A stretch of 64,000 nt of DNA from Candidatus Binatia bacterium (GCA_036004365.1 DASYRN010000045.1:7637-71636); one strand, 5' to 3'. Numbered from the stretch's first letter, positions 19,525 through 28,639 are shown. The notes: a model not told the origin generated them from the letters alone. Made by a program: numbers and translations.

Positions 19525-20058
19525 ATGATTCTTCACACCGCACTTACACAATTATCGGCTAATCAGTTCGTAGCCTTGATCTTGGATAACGAAGTGACGG
19601 TTGGCCATTTTGTTACAACTCCACCGCTACCCTGGACCCGTTTGACCCAGCGCAATGGAATCTACCAGGTCGCCAAAGGATATCCGTCTCTTTTGACGAC
19701 CGAGCAAGCCAAGTTCGAGATGAGAAACTGGGATGAGGTTTCGTTGCAGAGAATCATGGGCACGTTGAAAGAGCTGGATGACTCCGTGGATTATGTGCTC
19801 ATCGGAAACAATGCCGGCCAAGGGCTTCCGCTCGCTCAGAGCCTCCCGCAGAACTTAATCGGCAAGCACGCTGCGATCATCTACGGAGAGAGCCTTCCGG
19901 AAATAAAAGAATACGAGAAAACGGGTTATCGAACCTTCTTTCGGAGGAGCAAGGCTGCTTCCCGTCTGCTCGAGCTGACAAAGAGCGCGCGCCGACCTCT
20001 GGCCCTCTTCTTCATCAACACCATCCAACACAACGAGTTCAACTATCACGACCCGTAG
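19525..20058 (+). CDS. hypothetical protein
   Basis: 177 aa from the ATG at 19525. Coding-like composition. No family recognised. Confidence 0.45.
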   Translation: MILHTALTQLSANQFVALILDNEVTVGHFVTTPPLPWTRLTQRNGIYQVAKGYPSLLTTEQAKFEMRNWDEVSLQRIMGTLKELDDSVDYVLIGNNAGQGLPLAQSLPQNLIGKHAAIIYGESLPEIKEYEKTGYRTFFRRSKAASRLLELTKSARRPLALFFINTIQHNEFNYHDP

Positions 20059-20155
20059 TCAGAAAGGATGAGGGCGAAAGGATAAGGGATGAAAGTAAGT
20101 TAAAATCGAAAAGCGTGTCGGTTGTAAAGCTGGGAACGGTAAAGACACGACTAAC

Positions 20156-20794
20156 TCACAGTTTCGGAATCCGCAGGGTCTTACTAATCATGGCCGAACC
20201 GCTCACGAGATAGAGCAAGGAGAACGGGTGCCACTGCAGGGAGCCGATTTCGAAGACACCGAGTGGCAGATCGTCGCCGACGCGATCCATATGGAAGCAG
20301 AAAGCGAGCACAATAACGAGCACTAAACTGGAGGGAATTGGCGTTCCCTCGAAGTACTTTACTTTACCACCAAGGTCGGAAAATTCAGCCGCGGTGATGT
20401 TATACCGCGCTAGGCGGCTGATCCCGCAAACCACAAAGAATAAGAGGATAGGGACGTCTAGGCCACCGCGCATCCCCAATCCATAGGCGAGTGCCGTGGG
20501 TGCCACCCCGAAGCTCACAACATCCGCTAGCGAGTCGAGCTCCCCGCCGAAGCATGAATGCTTGTTGCGCCACCGGGCAACCCTGCCATCGGCCACATCC
20601 AATGCAAGAGCGAGCGGGAACAGCCCGACAGCCAAATAAACGCGCCAGCGGTCGGGCGTCACCAAGTAACTCATGATGGCAAAAATCGCCGCGGTTCCCA
20701 CGGCGCCGTTGCCAAGCGTGAGCAGATCCGCCACGTGATAACTGCGCAGCATGGAGAAGTGGACAGGCTTTTTTGGCGAAATGTCATGGTCCAT
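20156..20794 (-). CDS. pssA: CDP-diacylglycerol--serine O-phosphatidyltransferase (CDP-alcohol phosphatidyltransferase family)
   Basis: 212 aa membrane protein. Motif DVADGRVARWRNKHSCFGGELDSLADVVSFGVAP fits DGx2ARx8Gx3Dx3D. Confidence 0.85.
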   Translation of the reverse strand: MDHDISPKKPVHFSMLRSYHVADLLTLGNGAVGTAAIFAIMSYLVTPDRWRVYLAVGLFPLALALDVADGRVARWRNKHSCFGGELDSLADVVSFGVAPTALAYGLGMRGGLDVPILLFFVVCGISRLARYNITAAEFSDLGGKVKYFEGTPIPSSLVLVIVLAFCFHMDRVGDDLPLGVFEIGSLQWHPFSLLYLVSGSAMISKTLRIPKL

Positions 20795-20929
20795 CCAATG
20801 ATCTCCTCTTGGTCTTTTGTGAATCCATAGGACTACGCCAGAGTCGAGAATTCCCGAAGGGTCGAAATGGACGTGCGCCTGTCTTTTGCTAAGCGGTAGC
20901 TAAGAGGCAGGAGAGAGAACGCGAGGGTA

Positions 20930-21244
20930 TTATTTTGATGCCTTCTCGAGTTCGGTTTCACCGGCAATGTAAAATTCACTCTCGCGAAGTTTGATCTGGT
21001 ACAAGGTTCTGCCTTTTCGATAAACATCATCGGACGCATGGGCGGGGAGTTGGCCCACAAACACACCGTCCTTGACCTCTCCCTTTAACGACGGATCATC
21101 CTTCCATCTGACAATGTCTCCTTTTTTAAAGGAAAAGAGAAAAGAAAAGGTCTCGTCAAGCCGCGGGTCGTCGATTTTTATAAAATCCATAACCGATATT
21201 GTGTGGGGTAAAAATTCCTTTGTCAAAGGGGATTCGCCTAGCAA
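20930..21244 (-). CDS. hypothetical protein (alternative start 21190)
   Basis: 104-aa ORF. No family recognised. Confidence 0.4.
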   Translation of the reverse strand: MLGESPLTKEFLPHTISVMDFIKIDDPRLDETFSFLFSFKKGDIVRWKDDPSLKGEVKDGVFVGQLPAHASDDVYRKGRTLYQIKLRESEFYIAGETELEKASK

Positions 21245-21509
21245 GAACCGCGGAATCAGCCATTAACGATCGCGCTGAATACGGCTGACATTTGTTGAGA
21301 ATTCTTACGCATTGGCCAGAATTGTCATTTTGGACGATCTTCGTTCCATTTAAACCACTATGAGTGCGATTCTTAACTTCACCCAAAAGACCGCAAATCC
21401 TTTAAAAAACCGCGTCTTGTGTTGCTAAGCTAAAGATTGGCATGGATTGTGCTACATCTTTTCCGCTCTTGTGGGGGGTCGAAAGAGTAAAGCAGACCTC
21501 GAAATTTTA

Positions 21510-22118
21510 ATGGAAACAATCATCGCCTGCAAAACGTGCGGCCTGGTGCAGCGCATGGAGGAAGTCCAGTCGGACATAGCGGCGGAGTGTTGTCGCTGTG
21601 GGTCGATCATCGGCAAGCTCAACGTCAACAGCCTCGCACGCACGGCAGCGTTCTCGCTAGCCGCGCTGATTCTTTACGTACCGGCCAATATCTATCCGAT
21701 TCTCCATATGAATTATTACGGCGTGTATTCCGAAAGCACTGTTTGGGACGGCTGCGTGAAACTCTTTCGGGACGGCCAGTGGCTGGTGGCCGTGATCGTT
21801 TTTCTCGCCAGTATTTTGATTCCACTTTTAAAACTGCTCGGGCTTTTCTATTTGGTCGTCAGCGCGAAATTCAAATCCGCGCGTCAGCAGCAGGAACGGA
21901 CTTGGATTTACAAGACCATCGAAGTGATCGGTCCATGGGCAATGCTCGACGTCTTCCTCCTCGCGGTGCTCGTGGCGTTGGTCAAGCTGCAGCAGATCGC
22001 TACCGTCCTCCCTGGTCGGGGGCTCTTGGCGTTCACCGCCATGGTGGTGTTGACTATTTTGGCTTCGGCCAGTTTTGACCCGAGGTTGATTTGGAACGAA
22101 ACGGATGAAGAGTCATGA
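21510..22118 (+). CDS. pqiA: PqiA-like integral membrane protein, single module
   Basis: The N-terminal CxxC...CxxC Zn-ribbon-like text (ACKTCGLV...CCRCGS) followed by TM helices is typical of one PqiA repeat. ATGA overlap with the next gene. Confidence 0.7.
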   Translation: METIIACKTCGLVQRMEEVQSDIAAECCRCGSIIGKLNVNSLARTAAFSLAALILYVPANIYPILHMNYYGVYSESTVWDGCVKLFRDGQWLVAVIVFLASILIPLLKLLGLFYLVVSAKFKSARQQQERTWIYKTIEVIGPWAMLDVFLLAVLVALVKLQQIATVLPGRGLLAFTAMVVLTILASASFDPRLIWNETDEES

Positions 22119-23032
22119 GCGATTTGCAAAAAAATGCTGAAACCACCGAAGAGTTGCCCAAGGCAAAGGTCAAGATAAAGAGATGGAACTTTCCCGTCGT
22201 CTGGATTGTTCCCGTGATTGCCGCCATTGTTACAGGCTATCTTGTTTACGATCGCGTGCAGGAGTTTGGTCCGAAGATCACGATCAGGTTCAAGAACGGC
22301 AGCGGCCTTAAGATCGGCCAAACACCAATTAAGTATCGCGGCGTGCAGATTGGCGAAGTGACGGCGGTTGAATTGAGCGACGACCAGCAGAACGTGCTGG
22401 TGAAGGTACGACTGCGCCGCTCGGCGGCTTCCATTGCCCGGGAAGGAGCGGTTTTCTGGATCGTGCGTCCCGAAATGGGACTTTCAAACATCGCTGCCTT
22501 GGGGACGGTCATTACCGGACCGGAGATTGCGGTATTGCCGGGCACTGGCAAGGACCAAGCAGAATTTGTGGGTCTGGAGAGTTCGCCGGTGGTAGTAGAA
22601 GGTAATGAGCTGAAGATCGTTCTGGTCTCCGGCCGTGCCGGGTCATTGATAGCGAGTTCGCCGGTTTACTATCGGGGCGTCGAGGTAGGCACCATCCAAG
22701 ATATTCAGCTCAACAACGACGCCCGCACGGTGAACATCCACGTGTTCATCAAGCAGCGGTATGCGAACCTGGTCCGGAGCAGCTCGAAGTTTTGGAATGT
22801 AAGTGGCGTGGATGTGAGCATCGGCTTGTTCCGCGGCATGGAAATCAATATGGAATCGCTGAGATCGCTGGCGGTCGGGGGAATCGCCTTTGCCACCCCG
22901 AACGATCCAAAAGGCAAGCCGGCGAAGGACGGGATGGTATTTCCCCTTCACGACAAATCGAATAAGGAATGGTTGGAGTGGGCGCCGAAGATACCGATTC
23001 CACGGGAGAAACAGTTAGAGAAGTCGAGATAA
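22115..23032 (+). CDS. pqiB: MCE/MlaD-domain protein (PqiB-like, about two MCE domains)
   Basis: 305 aa with an N-terminal TM. Repeated MCE text (GLKIGQTPIKYRGVQIGEV ; LIASSPVYYRGVEVGTI). Confidence 0.7.
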   Translation: MSDLQKNAETTEELPKAKVKIKRWNFPVVWIVPVIAAIVTGYLVYDRVQEFGPKITIRFKNGSGLKIGQTPIKYRGVQIGEVTAVELSDDQQNVLVKVRLRRSAASIAREGAVFWIVRPEMGLSNIAALGTVITGPEIAVLPGTGKDQAEFVGLESSPVVVEGNELKIVLVSGRAGSLIASSPVYYRGVEVGTIQDIQLNNDARTVNIHVFIKQRYANLVRSSSKFWNVSGVDVSIGLFRGMEINMESLRSLAVGGIAFATPNDPKGKPAKDGMVFPLHDKSNKEWLEWAPKIPIPREKQLEKSR

Positions 23033-23352
23033 GTTCGATTAGCGGCGGATCTGTGTCCAGCCTGATAGGACCTATTTCCCCTTGCGGTAACACAACACGC
23101 ACCGATTTTTTGCAGTCCTAATTCCTTGCACCTGGGTGAATATTACCCTTCTTGACAGCTTGATCTCTCTCAAATATCGTCAAGCTATCATTCTTCAAGA
23201 TTAGTATTCGGTGGTATGAGTGACGGCCGAATTTTTTTTGCTTTAGGACTGCATCGTAGGTGGTCAGTGGAAATTTCCGCGGATAGAAACGGCCGAAAAC
23301 AAAAAATGAGCAGAACAACGGAATCCACATTGAATTAGTTGAGGAGGTAAAA

Positions 23353-23604
23353 ATGCCACTTTTTATGGACATCCACAGGAAAGCAGACGGAATAACGTCC
23401 CAAGCGCTCGCCGAGGCACACCGTAAGGATCTTGCCGTGCAGGGAAAGCACGGCGTCAAGTTCGTCAACTACTGGTACAATGAAGGCGAGGGCGCGATTT
23501 TTTGTTTGTGCGAAGCTCCAAGTAAAGAGGCGGCTGAAGCGGTACATCGCGAGGCTCACGGTGAGTTAGCAGACGAAATCATCGAGGTTAAAGAGGGGTC
23601 GTAG
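23353..23604 (+). CDS. DUF4242 (SCO4226-like) small protein
   Basis: 83 aa. MPLFMDIH...A..AH..DL..Q.KHGVKFVNYWYNE..G.IFCL.EAPS.EA. Strong RBS GAGGAGG. Confidence 0.7.
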   Translation: MPLFMDIHRKADGITSQALAEAHRKDLAVQGKHGVKFVNYWYNEGEGAIFCLCEAPSKEAAEAVHREAHGELADEIIEVKEGS

Positions 23605-23791
23605 CAAGCTGAGGGAGCCATGAAACGATCCGCAGGTTCTTCGATCACCCACAGAAAAGCGGTCAGCCCTTGAAAACATGAATTCTGCTTTGCTGAGGCT
23701 GCGCTGGCACGAGGCCGGTTGATCGAGTATCCGAGCATCCTGAATCGATTCCGGGTTTCCGAAGCCCTTCCCTGTTTCACCGCCGTTCAAC

Positions 23792-24025
23792 ATGACCCTT
23801 TGCAATCACACAACGCTCGAACTGTTACCTGAAAAGAAAAAAAGAGTGCGGTGCCGGCACTGCCACCTGATCCTAGACGGCGAGGAGCTGGGAGATGGCT
23901 ATTGCCCGGAATGTTTTGAGACGTCCGGCAAGAAGCAATATGACTTCGAGGATATGGAACCCGAAAGGGGAGGGGTCGCCCGCTACAGATGCGAAGAGTG
24001 CGGTGCCATCGTTGAAAGCGCGTAG
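23792..24025 (+). CDS. zinc-ribbon protein (three or four CxxC pairs)
   Basis: 77 aa. CRHC...CPEC...CEEC. Confidence 0.5.
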   Translation: MTLCNHTTLELLPEKKKRVRCRHCHLILDGEELGDGYCPECFETSGKKQYDFEDMEPERGGVARYRCEECGAIVESA

Positions 24026-24133
24026 TAAACTACTTGGCGCTACTGTGCCATTGAGTTTGTCTCGGACAAACTGTGATCAGGAGGACGGGTTCACAGATCA
24101 GTCAGGCAGCAAAAACCGCATGGCGAACAAGGA

Positions 24134-24295
24134 TCAGTAGCTTTCCACCGGTGATTGGGGGCGGATCTCTCCTGTGATCGGATCTTCACCCTCAACAGGT
24201 GGCCCGCCTCGCTTTTTCTCTGCCTTGCGCTGCTGGCGGCGAGCGACCTTTTCTATTTGCTTCTGCCGGCGCGCCATCTCCTTCTGGCGTTTCAT
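24134..24295 (-). CDS. possible 53-aa Lys/Arg-rich protein (below the ORF-track cutoff)
   Basis: Hand translation gives MKRQKEMARRQKQIEKVARRQQRKAEKKRGGPPVEGEDPITGEIRPQSPVESY. It competes with + ORF 24155-24382. Confidence 0.3.
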   Translation of the reverse strand: MKRQKEMARRQKQIEKVARRQQRKAEKKRGGPPVEGEDPITGEIRPQSPVESY

Positions 24296-24383
24296 GTAAG
24301 TTTGATTTCCCATACGGATAGATTAACACATACCAAAGGCAACAGGAACCGCCTCTTCAAAGAAAGCCGCGTTAAAGTATAAA

Positions 24384-24410
24384 GGGGCGTACTGATCTAC
24401 GCCCCTTTTT
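24384..24410. terminator. intrinsic-terminator hairpin (GGGGCGTA-loop-TACGCCCC) flanked by A and T runs, usable from both strands
   Basis: AAAGGGGCGTACTGATCTACGCCCCTTTTT lies immediately downstream of the RRM gene. Confidence 0.6.
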
Positions 24411-24431
24411 GCTTAGATTCTACAAGATAGG

Positions 24432-24746
24432 CTACCAGCGGTCGCGCCTGCCACCTCCACCGCCACCCCTTCTATCCCCACCGAACCCTGACCGCTTCTC
24501 CTGAGGCCGCGCCTCATTGACAGTGAGATTGCGCCCGTCGAACTCGGTTCCGTTCAGAGCCTGGATCGCTTTCTGGGCCTCCGCGCCGGAGCTCATCTCG
24601 ACAAAACCAAAGCCCTTGGACCGGCCGGTGAATTTGTCGGTGATCACCCGGGCGGATTCGACGGTGCCGTGCGCCGAGAATAGTTCCTCGAGCTGCTTGT
24701 CGGTGGTCGCGTAGGACAATCCACCTACGTAGACTTTATTCGTCAT
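24432..24746 (-). CDS. RRM (RNP-1) RNA-binding protein with Gly/Arg-rich tail
   Basis: RNP2 VYVGGL, RNP1 KGFGFVEM and a C-terminal GGDRRGGGGGGRRDRW tail. ATG at 24746 after AAGGAGG. Confidence 0.85.
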   Translation of the reverse strand: MTNKVYVGGLSYATTDKQLEELFSAHGTVESARVITDKFTGRSKGFGFVEMSSGAEAQKAIQALNGTEFDGRNLTVNEARPQEKRSGFGGDRRGGGGGGRRDRW

Positions 24747-25307
24747 GTTCTCCTCCTTTAGAAAAATGTTAGTGTCTTTCACCCTGGAATCTGATTACCG
24801 CGGGAGCAGAACATGGGGTTGGAACCCAGCGCTGGCCGGATTATCCTCCAAGGTAATACTTCGCAAGGAAAGACTCCCCCCGAGCCTTAAACTTTTATCT
24901 GTCTCACTTTCAGAAGGCCCCATACTGAAGTGACTTTAGCTTGTCTTGTTTGCCCTCTCGGTGCAACGGAGCCGGGCGCGTCCTTTATCGTGCAGACGAC
25001 GGCTCGACACGAGCCCAAGTCACTATCATTCTAGGGTCGTCCGACGCAAGAGGTAGGCGGCGCGCAAGAAAACGTTGGAACAGAATGCGCAAAGAGGCCA
25101 AGAGCTTTTTGAGCGATATAAAGGGGTGTAGGAAGCCTCCGATAGTGCCTATTAATGTCGTGTTAATGGAAGGGGAGGTTGGGTCCTCCAGGAACCAAGC
25201 ATGCTTTATGAAACGCGATCGTATCCTTTCGATGGTGGTCTCTGGGTCCGACCAGCACCTAAGGCGCATCGACTCCGGAAGAATTATTTTAACCAACCGG
25301 CGACCGT

Positions 25308-25321
25308 TTGAGAATTCTCAA
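25308..25321. repeat. 14-bp perfect palindrome TTGAGAATTCTCAA, copy 1
   Basis: Read directly. Shared flanks are CG-TTT on the left and GA(A)G(G)TCAAAA on the right. Confidence 0.9.
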
Positions 25322-25613
25322 GAAGGTCAAAATGAACAAACGCGTCAAAGATGACGTTTTTGCAATTGCGAGAGTACGAAAATGTGGTTTGAAGCCTGTC
25401 TAGCGGATCTTCTTTTATAAACGCAGTGGATGTCTGTCAAGTAGGAAAAAGGAAAAAAGGGGAGGATTTCCGAAATATCCAAAAAGCCGCGATCGTGGTC
25501 GTGAAATGTGATCAGGCAGCAGGCCGCGTTGGCGGAATAGCAAGGCAACCGATTTAATCGAGGTTTAAAAAAAAAGCTTGACAGCCCGCGCGACCGCGAT
25601 ATACCTAGGTCCC

Positions 25614-25901
25614 ATGACCGGCATGGAACTCATAAAGCTCAGAAAGCGACTGTCTATGACGCAAACCAGTCTCGCCCGCGCCGTCGGAATGAAGAGAAAA
25701 TCGGTCATTCTCATGGAGCGGGGAGAGGAGCCCATCTTAAGGACCACCGAGCTGTCGGTGAGGCTGCTGCTGCTGAAGAAGCAAGCTGCGAGGTTCGTAT
25801 TGCGGATAAAAGGGAGAAGACGCTATAGGCCCCGGCCGCGGCAAAACGGAGCTTCACTGTCAGAAATCTTGTCGCATCTTTCTACAGATAGACGGGAATA
25901 A
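25614..25901 (+). CDS. XRE-family helix-turn-helix protein
   Basis: LIKLRKRLSMTQTSLARAVGMKRKSVILMERGEEP. TTGACA at 25578 and TATACC at 25600 sit directly upstream, so the transcript may be leaderless. Confidence 0.65.
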   Translation: MTGMELIKLRKRLSMTQTSLARAVGMKRKSVILMERGEEPILRTTELSVRLLLLKKQAARFVLRIKGRRRYRPRPRQNGASLSEILSHLSTDRRE

Positions 25902-25989
25902 TCCTGACTGGCTTGAGGAGAAAAAAAAGAGACAGGCCATTTTTTCGTTGAAAACGGAAAGCTGACAACGGAAAAAGCTGCCAGCGTTT

Positions 25990-26229
25990 TCATTCCTTTC
26001 GGGCCTTTTCTCCACTTTCCCGTATTCTCTTACCGGCCTCTTTCATTGCCTCGCCGGCTTTTTCCATCGCTTGACCCGTTTGTTCCTTGGCCTTCTCCAT
26101 TGCTTGATCGACAGCCTTGCCCGTTTTTTCCATAGCACCTTTATCGTCTTCGGATTTTGAGCAGGAGCCCAAGGCAAGCGCAGACAGTCCGACGAGCAAT
26201 GCCAGGCACACGTTTTTGATCAGCTTCAT
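25990..26229 (-). CDS. small lipoprotein with AMEKxG(K/E)A repeats
   Basis: Signal peptide plus lipobox MKLIKNVCLALLVGLSALALGSC. RBS GGAGGG. Repeated KAVDQAMEKAKEQTGQAMEKAGEAMKEAGK. Confidence 0.55.
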   Translation of the reverse strand: MKLIKNVCLALLVGLSALALGSCSKSEDDKGAMEKTGKAVDQAMEKAKEQTGQAMEKAGEAMKEAGKRIRESGEKARKE

Positions 26230-26384
26230 TTGTCGGTTACCCTCCTCGTCCAAGTCTTAGTCTAATCCCTATAATAAAAACTCTTGGCACACAAGAAAGG
26301 TTTCTTGACAATCTGGAAGGTTGCGGAATGGGTTGGTTCTCTTAATGTCACAGGGGTTAAAATCCCGTCGGGATGCCACTGGCA

Positions 26385-26666
26385 TCAGTCGGATGCCTTT
26401 GGTTTCGGCGGCCCCGGATATCGGGTAGCAGCCTGGTTTGAAAAGCCATCTAATGCGGCGAGTTGACGCGCGAGGTCGAAGATGGTGTTCTCGATGGCCA
26501 TCCTGGAGGCCTCAATCTCATCGAGCGTTGATCGCGCTATCCCTACCGCTTCCACGAGCTTTACTCCCTCGGGCCGCCTTGCCAGTATCGTGAGACGGTA
26601 ATCGGCCTGGAAAACGCGCCAGTTGAGATAGACGCTTCGCACCTCAGCCTGTAGGTCTGAGGACAT
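26385..26666 (-). CDS. hypothetical protein, possibly the 3' part of a degraded gene
   Basis: 93-aa ORF. The reading frame stays open upstream of the ATG and neighbouring frames carry related-looking text (see findings). Confidence 0.35.
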   Translation of the reverse strand: MSSDLQAEVRSVYLNWRVFQADYRLTILARRPEGVKLVEAVGIARSTLDEIEASRMAIENTIFDLARQLAALDGFSNQAATRYPGPPKPKASD

Positions 26667-27091
26667 ATACCGGATCGAAACGGGAGCAGCGGGATCGTCC
26701 TCCAGGACGTAGAAAAGCGCCCGGCCGACGTGGTACTCCCCCCACTTAACTCCGGAGTATCGACACTTCCCACAGCTCGGCGAGAGCCGGATCGACCTGC
26801 ACCTTTACCCTTCGCTCTGGCGGAAGCTGGTAGCGCTGGTCGAAGAGGACCGTTTGGCCTCAGGCGCCAAGCCCGAGCGAAAGGAAAAACAAAGTGAAAA
26901 GGGAGGTCTTGCTCATGAGACGATCTGCAATTTCTTAGCATCTCTCCTAAAAGAGTAAAAGCCCCCGCAAGATAAAGGATGAAGGATAAGGGAAAGATGC
27001 TCATAAGACAGCGGACTTTCGGGGCCGTTCAAAGAATTTTGCTGGTGGCCACATCGAAGCTGTGCTATGTTGGTATGAAATTTTGAGAGCG

Positions 27092-27793
27092 ATGCGAAAG
27101 ACAGGTTTTGCTGCGCGAGATTTTCTCTTCTCGTGCCGATTGATTGTTTTCTGCTTATTTTCTCTATCTTGCTCTATACCCCCGAAGATTCCCACAGTTG
27201 CCGATGAGCGGCTCGAGGCCATGGTTAGAAATGAGGCCTCCGAGATCATAGAAGTGACCCCGGATAAAGAGGAGCTTTCTCGGTATCAGATTTTTCTGTC
27301 AGCCTTTCCCCGGAAGGATATATTAGGAGTGAGTGTCGGGAACCGTCGTATTTATATCAGTTATGAGCTGGTACAACTCGCGTTCAACAGTCCCCGCTAT
27401 CGTTGGCTGCTGAGGCAGACCTTGGCCCACGAGATTGCGCATGAAATAGCGGGGCATGCGAAAGATAGGCGAGTTGTCTCCTACAGTCCTTTTACGTTCG
27501 GCCGCGGCGTGACAGGCGGAGATATCGGCCTTCCGTCGAGCGTGCGATTCCATCATTATTCGGCGGAAAAAGAACTGGAGGCGGATTTAAACGGAATGAA
27601 GTACTGGAGAAAGCTTCAGTGGGACTGCCGGATCTGGGTGCGCATCTTGAGGCAATATTTTCAGATCAACTACACGGGCGATATTTTTCATCCGACAGAC
27701 GAGCGCCTAAGACAAGCATTGAGCGTGTGCCTTCCAGAGTCAGATCCGGAGCGGATCGCTATAGAGAAGAGACTCGAGGCAGTGAGGAGGTAG
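27092..27793 (+). CDS. M48-like zinc metalloprotease (HExxH) with N-terminal membrane/signal segment
   Basis: LAHEIAHEIAGH motif and a downstream E (EKELEAD). Confidence 0.6.
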   Translation: MRKTGFAARDFLFSCRLIVFCLFSLSCSIPPKIPTVADERLEAMVRNEASEIIEVTPDKEELSRYQIFLSAFPRKDILGVSVGNRRIYISYELVQLAFNSPRYRWLLRQTLAHEIAHEIAGHAKDRRVVSYSPFTFGRGVTGGDIGLPSSVRFHHYSAEKELEADLNGMKYWRKLQWDCRIWVRILRQYFQINYTGDIFHPTDERLRQALSVCLPESDPERIAIEKRLEAVRR

Positions 27794-27952
27794 GCAGGCC
27801 GATCTAAGAAAGGTACAAAGGCCCGTGCTCGTGATCGTGAAACGTCATCGTGACTAAAGACAAGGATGAAGTATAAGGGATGGAAGCAGAAAAAGAAGTG
27901 GACGTGATCGCGACTCGTGTGCGTGGAAACTTAGCAGACGCCTTGTGTGAGA

Positions 27953-28348
27953 TTATTGCTCTAAATCGGAAGCTCTCACCCAGCCGACAGCACCCGTCGA
28001 ACTCTTAACCATATACCACAGTCCGCTGCTACCAGCCGCCTTAGCCATTACTGTAAGCGTGTCTCCTCGCTCCAGTTTAGCGACGAGCGGTGAATACTCG
28101 TCCTGGCGGGCGTAGAGATGGACCTCGCTCTGCTTGACCGCGAGGAGAGCGGAGACCGGCGCCTGTGATCCTGCCGGAGCGTTGACGGAGTGTCTGTTTG
28201 CAGCAGGACTCCTCGTGTTTACCCCACGGCGGCTCTCCTTTAGAGCTCCGGTTTGTTTTCCGTATTCGAAGATGGCTTGAGCATCGCTTCTCTCGGCCAT
28301 AACCATGAAGAGCATGGGCACCCAAACCACGGCTAGCACGTGCTTCAT
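27953..28348 (-). CDS. secreted bacterial SH3-domain protein
   Basis: Signal peptide MKHVLAVVWVPMLFMVMAERSDAQA. C-terminal SH3b-like text LYARQDEYSPLVAKLERGDTLTV...WYMVKSSTGAVGWV. Confidence 0.65.
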   Translation of the reverse strand: MKHVLAVVWVPMLFMVMAERSDAQAIFEYGKQTGALKESRRGVNTRSPAANRHSVNAPAGSQAPVSALLAVKQSEVHLYARQDEYSPLVAKLERGDTLTVMAKAAGSSGLWYMVKSSTGAVGWVRASDLEQ

Positions 28349-28409
28349 AGCCTCCCAATTATAGTCGCGAGAGAAGGTCGCCGCAATTCAGTGAGCGGCA
28401 CGGACAAGA

Positions 28410-28480
28410 GATGAGGGATGAATGATAAAAGATAACGGATGAAGGATCGAAGCGGAAAGAGGAAAAGAGAAAGAGAAAAA
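28410..28480. repeat. ten consecutive degenerate heptads (GATGAGG GATGAAT GATAAAA GATAACG GATGAAG GATCGAA GCGGAAA GAGGAAA ...)
   Basis: GAT at 28410, 28417, 28424, 28431, 28438 and 28445. G continues at 28452, 28459 and 28473. Confidence 0.9.
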
Positions 28481-28625
28481 AGACCTGATCGGATTCGTGC
28501 TCGTCATCGTAAAGGAACAGCCTTGACACGTTTTCGGCCTTCGAATAGGTTAGTTTTGGCCAAGTCGTTGATCCTCAAGAGACGTGCACGTGTTCGAGAT
28601 TCGTGTTCGTGTAAACTTGCACGTT

Positions 28626-28639
28626 TTGAGAATTCTCAA
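28626..28639. repeat. 14-bp perfect palindrome TTGAGAATTCTCAA, copy 2
   Basis: Read directly. Confidence 0.9.

Noticed and set aside
18647-19543. 298-aa minus-strand ORF
   Set aside because: It is antisense to the well-supported FMN alpha-hydroxy-acid oxidase gene. The sequence is low-complexity and Ser/Pro/Arg-rich.
24941-25548. ORFs 24941-25354 (+), 24985-25296 (-) and 25345-25548 (-) in the gap upstream of the RRM gene
   Set aside because: They have no RBS and implausible amino-acid composition, and they overlap each other. One ends by reading through the TTGAGAATTCTCAA repeat (..PFENSQE..), as do the ORFs at 28439-28678 and 36051-36284. That points to repeat-derived pseudo-ORFs. The region is treated as non-coding.
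26860-26862. In-frame TGA as selenocysteine or an alternative genetic code
   Set aside because: TGA clearly terminates several well-supported genes in the window (for example rluD, rpsB, frr). I saw no SECIS-like hairpin directly downstream, and a frameshift follows, so a pseudogene is the simpler explanation.
26561-27004. 147-aa minus-strand ORF
   Set aside because: Arg/Ser/Gly/Pro-rich text that starts inside a GGATGAA heptad array. It overlaps the three-frame remnant described in findings.
28410-28480. Whether the repeat arrays could be a CRISPR array or a minisatellite-encoded peptide
   Set aside because: The units are 7 nt, contiguous with no spacers and highly degenerate. No cas genes are present. 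A 7-nt period cannot keep a reading frame, and stops occur in all frames.
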